A stretch of 64,000 nt of DNA from an uncultured Nitrososphaeria archaeon (lineage in GTDB: Archaea > Thermoproteota > Nitrososphaeria > Geothermarchaeales > JDFR-13), in the NCBI GenBank assembly GCA_964437705.1, contig CAYTHX010000001.1, positions 18,698-82,697 of the forward strand, given 5' to 3'. Position numbers and translations under genes: made by a program. The notes under the pieces were generated by a model. The model searched no databases. It was not told the origin of the DNA and saw nothing but the letters and a program-made list of their open reading frames with translations. Positions 21,072 through 31,300 of the stretch are shown here, piece by piece. The stretch's first letter is position 1; each line of letters begins with the position of its first letter.

Positions 21072-22913
21072 TTGATGATGAATGATAAGCTTGAGTTATT
21101 GAAGACTTTAGTACAAAAAGATAGCTTTGCTATACCAAGAGCAGCATTCTTCGTTGCATTTATATTTGGTGCAGCTATAGGGGTATGTCCAACAGAGTAT
21201 GGTGATATAAGTAAACATCCACTTATTTTTGAGATTTTACCGTTGATTTCCGGGTTAAGTATTAGGTTGGCTGGCGTTACTGGTTTTGGTTTTATGCTTG
21301 GCGATTTATTAACAAGAGGAACTCACGCTGGAATACCAGCTGAGTACTTTATATATGCTCATATAGGAGTATTAATGTATTCAGTATTACCAGGATTATT
21401 ATCTAGATTCTTTGTGTATTACGTTACTTCACGGGGAATACAGTTTTTAGATGGTGGTTCTCCAACATTATCTTTAACTACATTATTAGCATCTGCAGCT
21501 GGTGGCTGTATCGGTACACTTATAGGATTTATTCCAGTACTCGTAGGTATACATATATCACATATATATGCACCACAGATATGTGGTTTACCTCCTGATA
21601 CTTCATGTAACTCAGCGGATGTTGGAGCCTTAGTAACACCTCATAAGGTAGGGTTTTCTGCATTCTTCTCCGGACCTATAGGTGGAGTTGCTGGGTTATA
21701 CCTCTCACAGAGAGGAATTCCACCTGAAGTAGTTGAGATCTCTAAGGAGACTTTGAAGAAGGTGGAGAAGCATAAAATGATTACTGAGGTTAAGAAGTAT
21801 GTACCCAAGGATGTTAAAGCTATGTTAGATAAGGGTATTAAGGCTGTTAGTGAAGTTACAAAGCAAATACCAGTTTCAAAAGGGGAGACTACATTTATTG
21901 AGAGGTTAAATGAATTCTTTGAGGAGTTTAATAAGAAGTATGGATTTAAGTATAATATTACTTCAAATTCTTTGAGTATTGTAAGTGGATACTTTGATGA
22001 TATCATAAGTTTTACTGGAATTAAGGGTATGCTCGAGTCAACCATATTTGGATTGAAGAAAGAGCTTTGGAGTGCGATGAAGAAGTTTAGGCAGTTAACG
22101 GATGAGCTTACTGAAGCTGGTAGGGAGTATCGTTCATTACTTCGGAAAACTAAGGTCGTTATGAATCAGGTTATTAAGCCTAAGGGGTGTATAGAGGCTG
22201 CTAAGAGAGTAATGACTATTAAGAAGAGTATTAAGACTGTTGAGGGTAGGATTAAGAGTTTAGTTAGAAAGATTAGTAGACTTAAGAAGTTACCATCTAA
22301 AGTTAAGGGTATGCTTAACGGTATTGGCTATGCATTTTTAGGTTTTGATATCACTAAGGATACGGTTAGTTATATGAGTAGTGGAGAAGGGCTTGTAGAT
22401 GCATATTCTAAGAGTGCTATAAGTAATTATATTGCTTTTAAGGCTGTTGATGCAAATCCTGGTTTAGCTATTATGGAGATTGGTAATATGGTGTTTTTTG
22501 GCGATACACCAGCTGGAAATATAATATCGCCGTCAACGAATATTAAAGGCGCTGTTTGTATGCTTTATGATGCTATTAGAAAAGGGGGAGATGTGGTAAT
22601 TAAGAATCTTGAGAAAGGTAAGTATGGTGAGTGTGTAAAGTGGCTTTATGAAGCTGGTAAGGAAGCTAAGGAGTGGCTTAAAGATCCATCACTAATTAAG
22701 GAGGTTATTGAGAATAAGGGTTTAGCTGCTGGATTAAAGGGTGAGGTAGATAAGCTTGGTGAATTTATGGATGGTATTCATGATAGGATTGATCAAGTTG
22801 TACCTGCAAATGGAGTTGTCAGTAAGCTTGTTAATAAGTCGCTACATTTATGGACGAATGCAACTGAATTCACAATTAGAAGTGTTACGAGTTTAGTTAA
22901 GAAGATTTTCTAG
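21072..22913 (+). CDS. membrane protein with Gly-rich N-terminal TM domain and long helical/coiled-coil C-terminus
   Basis: About 5-6 TM segments in the first 215 aa, then a Lys-rich coiled coil and Gly/Ala amphipathic helices. Confidence 0.7.
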   Translation: MMMNDKLELLKTLVQKDSFAIPRAAFFVAFIFGAAIGVCPTEYGDISKHPLIFEILPLISGLSIRLAGVTGFGFMLGDLLTRGTHAGIPAEYFIYAHIGVLMYSVLPGLLSRFFVYYVTSRGIQFLDGGSPTLSLTTLLASAAGGCIGTLIGFIPVLVGIHISHIYAPQICGLPPDTSCNSADVGALVTPHKVGFSAFFSGPIGGVAGLYLSQRGIPPEVVEISKETLKKVEKHKMITEVKKYVPKDVKAMLDKGIKAVSEVTKQIPVSKGETTFIERLNEFFEEFNKKYGFKYNITSNSLSIVSGYFDDIISFTGIKGMLESTIFGLKKELWSAMKKFRQLTDELTEAGREYRSLLRKTKVVMNQVIKPKGCIEAAKRVMTIKKSIKTVEGRIKSLVRKISRLKKLPSKVKGMLNGIGYAFLGFDITKDTVSYMSSGEGLVDAYSKSAISNYIAFKAVDANPGLAIMEIGNMVFFGDTPAGNIISPSTNIKGAVCMLYDAIRKGGDVVIKNLEKGKYGECVKWLYEAGKEAKEWLKDPSLIKEVIENKGLAAGLKGEVDKLGEFMDGIHDRIDQVVPANGVVSKLVNKSLHLWTNATEFTIRSVTSLVKKIF

Positions 22914-22917
22914 GGAG

Positions 22918-23988
22918 GTGAATTATATGCCTATACACTTCTTCTCTGGAGAAGAGCTGTGGGTTTTATGGATGCTATCTGGATTTGAAATCTCAGAGTA
23001 CTCACCTCTTGACATGCTCGATAGATTGATAAGTGGAAAAATGACTAATAAAAATATTCTAAGGATATGTAAGGAACTATATAAGTCTAAGTGTTTAATT
23101 TATGTTGAGGGTATTGGGTATGATGTTAATCCTCCACTTCTACCAATGCTATATATAATTTCACAACCTGAGGATATGGTTATATTTACATCTACTAGAG
23201 AGCTTAATAATGCAAAAGTAATTTTCATGAGGAGAAGTAGGACCATAGTTCAGCATATTCCAACATTAGATTATAATGTTCATGTAATAACTTATCCATG
23301 GAACAAAAAGTTAATTGCTACTTGGTTATCTGAGGAGGTAGATAGTAGGGTTCCTGAGCCTATAGAAATAGGGACTTCAAGATTTACATTAAATCCTATT
23401 GAGGCTATTATGCTTATCGCTATTCAACAAGTATTTAGAAAGAAATTAATGAAGAAAAGAAAGAAGCTTTTAATCTCGAAGAAGGAAGTGAGTAACGCAG
23501 TTAGTTCTGGCTCACTTATTAGCTTACCTTTATTTGTAAGGTCAGAACTATTTAGAAAGCTTTTGATAGAATTAGCTGATAGACCAGATATTATTGACGA
23601 TGCTTTAAGTAGCCTTGAGTATAAAGGTGTAATTAGTTTAGAAAATAACTATATTAATTTTACAGATGATGTTAAAAGTGGATTAGATGTTAGAAATATG
23701 GTTGATTATGGTATTGCATATTATAGAAGTATAAATGGAGATTTTGAGAGAGGAATGAGTATATCCTATCAAAAAGATAGAGTTTCTCTAGTGAAAATGA
23801 ATGGAGATAGGAATATCGAGTTAATTGTTACGGATACTAGTGGTGCTACAAGACTTATTATGGAAGATATCTTTATGCCAATGTTAAGAGGCGTTAAGGA
23901 AAGAAAAGCTTTATACTGTCCTAACTGTGGAGAGGAGGTTGATTTAGACTCTGTATATTGTCCTTACTGTGGACATAAGTTAAAATAA
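22918..23988 (+). CDS. hypothetical protein with C-terminal zinc ribbon (possible EspG-like N-terminus)
   Basis: GGAGG RBS + GTG; YCPNCG...YCPYCG at the C-terminus. Confidence 0.7.
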   Translation: MNYMPIHFFSGEELWVLWMLSGFEISEYSPLDMLDRLISGKMTNKNILRICKELYKSKCLIYVEGIGYDVNPPLLPMLYIISQPEDMVIFTSTRELNNAKVIFMRRSRTIVQHIPTLDYNVHVITYPWNKKLIATWLSEEVDSRVPEPIEIGTSRFTLNPIEAIMLIAIQQVFRKKLMKKRKKLLISKKEVSNAVSSGSLISLPLFVRSELFRKLLIELADRPDIIDDALSSLEYKGVISLENNYINFTDDVKSGLDVRNMVDYGIAYYRSINGDFERGMSISYQKDRVSLVKMNGDRNIELIVTDTSGATRLIMEDIFMPMLRGVKERKALYCPNCGEEVDLDSVYCPYCGHKLK

Positions 23989-24106
23989 AAGTATAGAGGA
24001 TAATAGTTAATCCCCTTCCTTTTTATATTAGCAAGCTAGATTAAGACTTGTAACTATTCCTTATAGTTATTTTTATAAGGTATAGTTGAGTTTCTAGTTT
24101 TTAGCT

Positions 24107-25357
24107 ATGTTAAGTAAGCTTCGTGAAGATTTATCTATTATTAGGGGTAATTTACTAGTTCTTATTATAAGTTGGGTTATTCTACATTTTGCTTTCTCAA
24201 TGATTTTTCCATATGAATCTCCTTATATTGAAGCTTTAGGAGCTTCTCCATTTATAATTGGAGCACTTGGTTCCCTTGGAAATATAATATTGACTATAGT
24301 TAGGATTCCAGGTTCATATATTGCTGATCATTATGGTAGGAGACAGATAATTGTAACTATGACATTTGGTATAGCAATTGCACAGTTAATTTATGCTTTA
24401 GCTCCAGATTGGACATTTATAATTCTAGCTGTATTACTCTCAAATTTATGTTTAATTTATCAACCTGCTCTTGAAGCTATAACTGCAGACTCTATTCCAC
24501 CAGAGAAAAGGGGATTAGGATTCGCTATGGTAAGAACAATTCCAGATATATTAACGATTTTTTCACCTTTAATTGCTGGATATATTGTTGAAAATATGGG
24601 GTTAGTTCCTGGAATGAGAATAATTTATACACTTACATTTATATTTGCATTAATGGCAGCGATTATAAGGTTATTTTTTCTAAAGGAGACTCTTGATAAG
24701 AGTAGGAGAATAAAGTTCTCTGAAATAAAGAGGATATATCGAGAATCGATACCATCAATAGTAAGTACATGGAGAGAAATACCATCAACATTAAAGATAT
24801 TGACTCTGATATCTATAATAAGTGCATTTGAAGATCCAATATACATGCGGTTTTCATCACTATATGCCCTACATGTAGTTAGGATAAGTAAGTTTGAGTG
24901 GGGATTAGTAGGAACAATATTAACAGCATTATCATTTATACTTGGAATACCGCTTGGAAAGGTAGTTGATATTATAGGTAGAAAGAAGACGTTAGCAGTA
25001 GCTTATATAACTTTTATAGTTGGAGGATTAATCTTTATATTCTCAAAAAATGTCTATCACGTAATACTCTCGTTTTCATTATTTGCAGTTGGTGGTTCAC
25101 TCTTCATGCCTTCATATGATGCTATGGTGACGGATTTAACGGAGAAGGAGAAGAGAGGTAGGGTAATGGGTGTAATGGGAACATTAAATATATTAGCTGC
25201 AGCACCAGCATCAATAATAGGAGGAGCACTATACCAGCTAGAACCACAACTACCATTCATACTTACAATAATAACAGGATTATTCTCACTAACGATAATA
25301 CTAGTAATGGTAAAGGAGACAAAGCCTAAGAATAATTTAAGAATATCCATGGGATGA
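24107..25357 (+). CDS. MFS transporter
   Basis: GSYIADHYGRR and GKVVDIIGRKK motif A repeats; about 12 TM helices. Confidence 0.92.
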   Translation: MLSKLREDLSIIRGNLLVLIISWVILHFAFSMIFPYESPYIEALGASPFIIGALGSLGNIILTIVRIPGSYIADHYGRRQIIVTMTFGIAIAQLIYALAPDWTFIILAVLLSNLCLIYQPALEAITADSIPPEKRGLGFAMVRTIPDILTIFSPLIAGYIVENMGLVPGMRIIYTLTFIFALMAAIIRLFFLKETLDKSRRIKFSEIKRIYRESIPSIVSTWREIPSTLKILTLISIISAFEDPIYMRFSSLYALHVVRISKFEWGLVGTILTALSFILGIPLGKVVDIIGRKKTLAVAYITFIVGGLIFIFSKNVYHVILSFSLFAVGGSLFMPSYDAMVTDLTEKEKRGRVMGVMGTLNILAAAPASIIGGALYQLEPQLPFILTIITGLFSLTIILVMVKETKPKNNLRISMG

Positions 25358-25986
25358 TAATGAAATAGTAGATTTATAAATTCCATATATCGCTATCAAG
25401 TACGTAGTTACTACTATTATAGTAAATATAAAGCCGGATAAAACGATGAAACTCCAAACTCACCTAAATTTACATTGATAAAGGCAATTAGTGGATTAAG
25501 AATTATAGATATAATTTAATCCAGAGATAATTACTATCTTCCATGTTCTAGTATTCTTAAGCTTCTCCCTATAGATATAGGTACTAAAATAGGTGCTGAA
25601 TGCAGATAGTAGATAGAAGTATACTATGCTGGCTAGTAGAAGTTTATATTCGATACAAAGCTTTAGGAGACGACTATGTGAGCAATAGGTATTAAATATG
25701 TAACTAACTAGGTAAGTGGAAATACAAGTATTATCCATGGAAACTAGAAGTCAATAGGCTTCAGCAAATCGTGTAATGGAGATTTTGGAATATCTACATT
25801 AATATTATAATATTATATTAGTATTATGTGTTTGAACAGTACCACTAATACAGATAAATGATAACTATGAATAAACAAAGATTTAGTCATGTAGGTTTTA
25901 AAACTTGAAATATTTTTACCAGCATACTAGAAGAATAGTAAGATCATAAGTTTTTAATGTTTTTATTAAAGATAGTTGGTGTTAAG

Positions 25987-26883
25987 TTATAGGGTTAAAA
26001 CAAATATTATTCCTAGGAAAATCATTATTGTACCAATAACTACTCTCAAATTGATAATTTCAATATCTCTATTAGTTATGTATGAGTAGAGTATCGTTTG
26101 TAGTGGGTATGTAGCTAGTAGTGGTGCATATACACCGATTTCAACTAAATTTAGGGATAGGTATTTAAATAGTTGGCCGAGGTTTACTAGGAAGCCTGCT
26201 GGTATAATGTAAATGGCTACTGACTTTGGAATTTTAAGTATACTTAAATTTTTAGGTTTATTTGTTAACATGAGAATTGTATAGGTTATTGTAGCTGATA
26301 TGTATGATGTTATTACCCCTATAATTGGTGCGTTAAAAATTATTAGTCCCCATCTGATAATTAATGCTGCAAATGCAAACATAAATGCTGATAATACCGC
26401 TAAGGAAACTCCAAGTCTAAAATTCCTTATATTACTAGGTAAGCTAGCTATAAGTAGGACACCAATCATCGATATTATTAAACCTAAGATTTTACTTAGA
26501 GTTACTGATTCATGGAGTAGTGGTATTGCTATAAAAGCGGCTATTATCTGGCTAGTTGTAATTATGGGGACTGAGATTGCTGAACCGATATAGTGGATAG
26601 CTGAGTATAGTGTATAACGTCCAATAGCATAATTAATAACTCCACTAATGATAAATGGAAGGAGACTATAGAATGTAACTTTAGGTAAGAGGTTTATATC
26701 ATTACAGAATGGTAGCAGTATGATATACATTGGTATACCAACAAGTAAAGAGATAAATACACTGGGAAATATATATCCAGTTAAAACTCCACGACGAGTA
26801 GCAATAGAGTTTAAAGCAAAGAAGAAGGAAGTTAAAAATGCGAATAGTACTCCAAGGATAAATGCCGTCAGCATTCCTAACAA
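25987..26883 (-). CDS. EamA/DMT family transporter
   Basis: Two-repeat 10-TM architecture; LLHES...KILG. Confidence 0.85.
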   Translation of the reverse strand: MLGMLTAFILGVLFAFLTSFFFALNSIATRRGVLTGYIFPSVFISLLVGIPMYIILLPFCNDINLLPKVTFYSLLPFIISGVINYAIGRYTLYSAIHYIGSAISVPIITTSQIIAAFIAIPLLHESVTLSKILGLIISMIGVLLIASLPSNIRNFRLGVSLAVLSAFMFAFAALIIRWGLIIFNAPIIGVITSYISATITYTILMLTNKPKNLSILKIPKSVAIYIIPAGFLVNLGQLFKYLSLNLVEIGVYAPLLATYPLQTILYSYITNRDIEIINLRVVIGTIMIFLGIIFVLTL

Positions 26884-27060
26884 CTCCTACGGAACAGCAT
26901 CTACTTGACATTATGATTGAATTATGAATCTAATATATCAATATCCCTTTAACTTATATATACGTTAAAGAAATTAGGAGATGTGTAAGAGGGTGTTTCT
27001 GACGTTAGATGCCTCTATACAGTTTACAGTTAAACATTTTAGGTTGTATATTTTGTTTGT

Positions 27061-27948
27061 ATGAAAGTTGAGATGTATGGTTTAAGGTTACCAGTAGTTT
27101 CTGAGAAGGTAGATTTGGTAGGGCTTATTCTTGATTATCTAAGGGAGAGGGGGATTAAACTTGAAGATGGAGATATACTTGTATTAACATCTAAGTTTGT
27201 TCAGAAAGCTTTAGGGTTAGTAGTTGATTTATCGAGTATAAAACCTAGTTTTAGAGCTAAGCTGATCTCTAAGTTAACAGGTAAAGATCCGGTTGAAACA
27301 CAAGTTATACTTAATAGCTCGAGAAGAATTTTATTTGGAGTTTCAACAAGTTTCTTAAAAGAATATATCGATAGGTTAAGTCGTGAAACTAGTGATGCAG
27401 TTAAAGCTCTAGAAAACGTTAAGTATATTTTAATAACTGAATCTAGAAATGGATTTATAACTACTGATTCTGGACTTGACTACTCAAATTTACCACCTGG
27501 AAAAGCCGTGGTTAATGCATATGATTTTGATAGTATTGCTAGGGAGATTAGAGAGGAATTTAGGAGGAGAGTTGGAGTTGATATTTCGGTAGTAATTACA
27601 GATACAGAGTTTACGTTATCAAATGGTAAGTTTGGGAGTTTAGATTATGCAGTTGGCACTTCCGGAATAGCTGTTGTAACAAGGGAATTTGGTTCAAGAG
27701 ATCTATATGGTAGACCAAAATTTGGTGGGTTAGATATAGTTGTTGATGAAATAAGTGCTGCAGCTGCATTATTAATGCGACAATGTAGAGAAGGAGTACC
27801 AGCAGTCTTAATAAAGGGATTAGAGTATGAGAGAAGTAATGAGGGTGTAAAAACAATATTAGTTACGAGGTTTCATGGTCAAGCAATAAAACTATTAATT
27901 AAGAATATGTTGTTAATAGTGCTATTGAAGCTACTTAGAATATTATAG
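27061..27948 (+). CDS. CofE-like (coenzyme F420-0:gamma-glutamyl ligase family) protein
   Basis: LEDGDILVLTSK, SGLDYSN, VVITDT, DLYG, DEI.AAA.LLM, VP.VLIKG. Confidence 0.85.
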   Translation: MKVEMYGLRLPVVSEKVDLVGLILDYLRERGIKLEDGDILVLTSKFVQKALGLVVDLSSIKPSFRAKLISKLTGKDPVETQVILNSSRRILFGVSTSFLKEYIDRLSRETSDAVKALENVKYILITESRNGFITTDSGLDYSNLPPGKAVVNAYDFDSIAREIREEFRRRVGVDISVVITDTEFTLSNGKFGSLDYAVGTSGIAVVTREFGSRDLYGRPKFGGLDIVVDEISAAAALLMRQCREGVPAVLIKGLEYERSNEGVKTILVTRFHGQAIKLLIKNMLLIVLLKLLRIL

Positions 27949-27984
27949 ATGGAGTTATTGTAATATTGTAGTGGTTATATTAAG

Positions 27985-28545
27985 TTAGTATATGAAAGGT
28001 ATTATCTTCTTAACCCTCCTCCTATAATTTAAGTATCTATCTCCGTAGATATGAATTAACACTTTCTCCTCCTCACTTATAGTGTAAAGATAAAAGATAA
28101 TCCATATAGGGGATAGTAGTAGGGAACATATTGCTCCGAATATTATCGATAATCCAATTGGCCACATAATATCGCCAAAGTATATTGGGTGTCTAACAAT
28201 CCCATAAACTCCATCAGTAACTAAATTTATATCCAAGTTATACATTAATTTTCTATGTATCTTATATACGCCGGCCGCTATGAAATATATACCGATAATA
28301 AATATGATGAAGCCTAGTGATAATGTAGCTATATTTATTTCAAATCTTAGTTGCTCGATAAATGGTAGTGGAAGTATAAACCTTGTAATCATCATCATTA
28401 AGTCAATAAAGTTTCTAAGCCTAATTTTAATACGTGATATACTAGCTATTAAAGCGTCTTTTATTATACCTTTAGTCCATAATATTGAAATTAAGAAACT
28501 TAAGAATGTTATAAAAGCACATATATGGAAGATTACATATTTCAT
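27985..28545 (-). CDS. isoprenylcysteine carboxyl methyltransferase/PEMT-family membrane protein
   Basis: LVTDGVYGIVRHPIY, EEE..L...YG..Y..Y...V..IIP. Confidence 0.88.
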   Translation of the reverse strand: MKYVIFHICAFITFLSFLISILWTKGIIKDALIASISRIKIRLRNFIDLMMMITRFILPLPFIEQLRFEINIATLSLGFIIFIIGIYFIAAGVYKIHRKLMYNLDINLVTDGVYGIVRHPIYFGDIMWPIGLSIIFGAICSLLLSPIWIIFYLYTISEEEKVLIHIYGDRYLNYRRRVKKIIPFIY

Positions 28546-28667
28546 CTTCCAAAAATAGTCTTTTCCTACTAGAGATATATCTATTTAACTGTAATGGCAC
28601 TTGAATAGTTTTTGGTTTCAGAAGGTATATATTATGATAAGATATTTTAACCGTCTTGGTGAGTTAA

Positions 28668-29213
28668 TTGCCACTTTTAACTCCGGATACAGTATACTTT
28701 AAAGATATTCAGTCTACCTATTTAAAACCTGGAGAATCTAGGAATTATAAGTTTAATGCGGTGTTTAGAGGGGTAGTCAACATTAAGGTTTTATGCGATA
28801 GTCCAATTATTGTTGGTATAGCAGCATCAAAGCCTGAGAAACATGTAATTAAGGGTTCTAAGGAATTTAATTATCAAGTTGAACCAGATACGGAAATCTA
28901 TGTATCTATTCAATGTAAGAAGGGATTATTTGCTAAGCCGGCAAATACGACTATAGCTATAGAGATGCTTGCTCCTAAAAGAGTAATTGAGTTCTATACA
29001 AAAGTAAAGAATGTATTATCTATGATTAGTGAAGCTCAAGAATTTTATGAAGTTCATAAGAGGACTATTAGAGAGTTGCTAGATGATTCAGTAAGTGTTT
29101 GGCACTTATTAGGTGAGGAAGCAAGACAAGTTGTTAAAGACCTAGTTTTAACTGTCAAAAAGTTAGATGGTGATTTAGCGGAGAAAGAGTATGAAAGTAT
29201 AAAGTATGATTAG
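28668..29213 (+). CDS. hypothetical protein
   Basis: GGTGA RBS + TTG start; beta-rich N-terminus, helical C-terminus. Confidence 0.65.
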   Translation: MPLLTPDTVYFKDIQSTYLKPGESRNYKFNAVFRGVVNIKVLCDSPIIVGIAASKPEKHVIKGSKEFNYQVEPDTEIYVSIQCKKGLFAKPANTTIAIEMLAPKRVIEFYTKVKNVLSMISEAQEFYEVHKRTIRELLDDSVSVWHLLGEEARQVVKDLVLTVKKLDGDLAEKEYESIKYD

Positions 29214-29221
29214 CTTAATAA

Positions 29222-29395
29222 CTACTTCTTTTTCTCCTCGCGTGATCCAGAGATTATATATAACCTACCATCCTCAGATAGCACTAAAACTGCTCCACAC
29301 TTCCTACACCTATAATACCTATTAACACCACGTTCGCATCTCTCCGTACCTAAAAACTCAACATCACCATGACTGCACTCCTCAGACCTGCTCAT
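29222..29395 (-). CDS. small zinc-finger protein (likely start at the internal ATG, MSRSEECSH...)
   Basis: CxH...CRKCG motif; the upstream extension to 29464 is low-complexity promoter DNA. Confidence 0.6.
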   Translation of the reverse strand: MSRSEECSHGDVEFLGTERCERGVNRYYRCRKCGAVLVLSEDGRLYIISGSREEKKK

Positions 29396-29567
29396 CAAAA
29401 AATATATTGCAAAACACACATAAAAACCAAATAAAACCTTCACTAACCAACTAAAGAAAACCATATATTTTATCGCTAATTAGAAGCTTTTATTATTATG
29501 TCATATTTTAGACCTTTATAAAAATAGTAAATCTAAGTTGAGAGGTATTATAGTGATGATTATTGAG

Positions 29568-29876
29568 TTAAATCTCTATATAGTCTTTCTCTATAAATTT
29601 AAGCATTTTTTCCCATTTATCACTTGTTAATAAGTGGAATTCAAATGGAGAATCAAAGTATTTATTATAAAGTAAGTCATATATCATTAGTCTCTTATGT
29701 CTATCTTTAAATTCATCTGAGACAATAGCTATATCTATATCACTTAATCCAATAGAATATTTCCCTTTAATGATACTTCCAAATACGTAAACTCTCGCAT
29801 TAACATATTTTGATACTAACTCCTTAATTTCTGACGCAAATTTTCTATAGTTCTTGAAGTACTCTATTCTTTCCAT
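29568..29876 (-). CDS. minimal nucleotidyltransferase (MNT) antitoxin
   Basis: VYVFGS...SDIDIAIV. Confidence 0.9.
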   Translation of the reverse strand: MERIEYFKNYRKFASEIKELVSKYVNARVYVFGSIIKGKYSIGLSDIDIAIVSDEFKDRHKRLMIYDLLYNKYFDSPFEFHLLTSDKWEKMLKFIEKDYIEI

Positions 29877-30244
29877 AGTAGATCCCTCAGTTCATTATAT
29901 AGAGATAAGGCTTCCTCAACCTCCTCAGGGAAAAATTCTTCATAGAAATATCTTGAAGATATATATGCTCTTTCTAAATCCCTTAACAACCTTTTATATT
30001 TCTCTATAAATTTCTTTATTTCGTCTTCTTTATAGATCTTTGATAGTTCACCTAATAGTTTTCGTAGGGAATGTGTTTTTTCGTAGGACCCCTTTAGGTC
30101 TAGGAGCTTAGCTTTTATGAGTAGTTGTAGAGCTTGTTCAATATGAAACATCGCAATATCATAATCCCCATTCTCTAAGTCATATTTTGCATCTCTAATA
30201 AACACTTCTGCCCTACGAATTAAATACTCAATATCCTCTCTCAC
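29864..30244 (-). CDS. HEPN domain protein (HEPN-MNT toxin)
   Basis: A.F..EQA.QL..KA.L, KTHSL, YISSRY. Confidence 0.9.
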   Translation of the reverse strand: MREDIEYLIRRAEVFIRDAKYDLENGDYDIAMFHIEQALQLLIKAKLLDLKGSYEKTHSLRKLLGELSKIYKEDEIKKFIEKYKRLLRDLERAYISSRYFYEEFFPEEVEEALSLYNELRDLLWKE

Positions 30245-30369
30245 AAGATTAATATGAAAGTTATCGATAATTAATTTAAGGGATCGTGTGGAGAATATTT
30301 GATGGTGATTTTTTAGTTGTAGAATTAAAGTTAAAGTTGATAGATACTACATTATAGTAATTAGATATA

Positions 30370-30805
30370 TCATTTTTATTTTTATGAGGATTTCGCTCGT
30401 GGATACTTTTCTGAGGCTAAGAAAGATTTAGATAGAGCTTTTAGAGCTTTGAGGGAGAAGGATTTTTGTGATGCTTTTTTCATGCTCAGCAGTGTGTTGA
30501 GAAGTGTATTAAGGCGCTTGTTGAATCTAAAGGTGAGTACGTATGTAATCATGGTTTAAGAATTACTTCTGTTTTTATTAGGTTTTTAAAGATGAATGGA
30601 GAGGTGAGCTTGAGAATTTAGTTAATGTTATGTATGAGTTTTCTGAGTTTTATATTAGGGCTAGGTATCCATTTATTCTGAGGGGTAAAGTTGTTACTCC
30701 TAGTGAGTATGTTAGTGAGGAGATGGCTGTAGATGCTGTTAGGAAAGCTGAGGGGGTTTAGGGTTTGTCGAGAAGTATCTTAGGGAGAGAGGAGTTTTAC
30801 GATAA
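30370..30805 (+). pseudogene. frameshifted HEPN gene
   Basis: Fragments YFSEAKKDLDRA.RAL / FHAQQCVEKCIKAL..NHG / YIRARYP lie in shifting frames; the start is approximate. Confidence 0.75.
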
Positions 30806-31265
30806 GATTTTATCTATTGTTAAGGAGTTTTTTGATGATAATTTGGTTGGGTGTTGTTTTATTCGGTAGCTCTGTTTACCTCGGTTCTGGTAGTGATGTC
30901 GATTTGATTGTGATTATTGATAGGGACTTATACCTAAAGGAGAAATTTAGCTTGGAGTGTAGGTTAGGTAAGAAGCTTAGTAAATCATTACCTGGTTTTA
31001 TATTTTTGATGTTCATATTTTTAATCGTGATGTTTTTCTTGAGAATTTACGGCCTGGTAGTTTTCTATGCGGTTTAGCATTAGGTTATAAGGTTCTTTTT
31101 AGTGACGAATGGTTGGAGAGGGCTATTCTCGATTTTCTTAAGGAGCTATGTAAAACTAAATATGTTTTTCACGGTAAACATGGTATTTTTGATTTGAGTA
31201 TTTATGCTAGAATTGCTTATAAGAGGAGGATTAAGGAGTTATATGGTGGATCTAATAATGCTTAA
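30790..31265 (+). pseudogene. frameshifted MNT nucleotidyltransferase gene
   Basis: VVLFGSSVYLGSGSDVDLIVI core (ORF 30817-31077) flanked by out-of-frame N- and C-terminal segments. Confidence 0.75.
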
Positions 31266-31300
31266 GTCTTTAACTTACTCCCCTATATTTTGGTGGTTTT

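Noticed and set aside
25400-25900. 80-aa ORF 25496-25738 and surrounding hydrophobic-looking fragments
   Set aside because: Possibly a decayed membrane-protein gene, but no family could be recognised and the boundaries cannot be supported.
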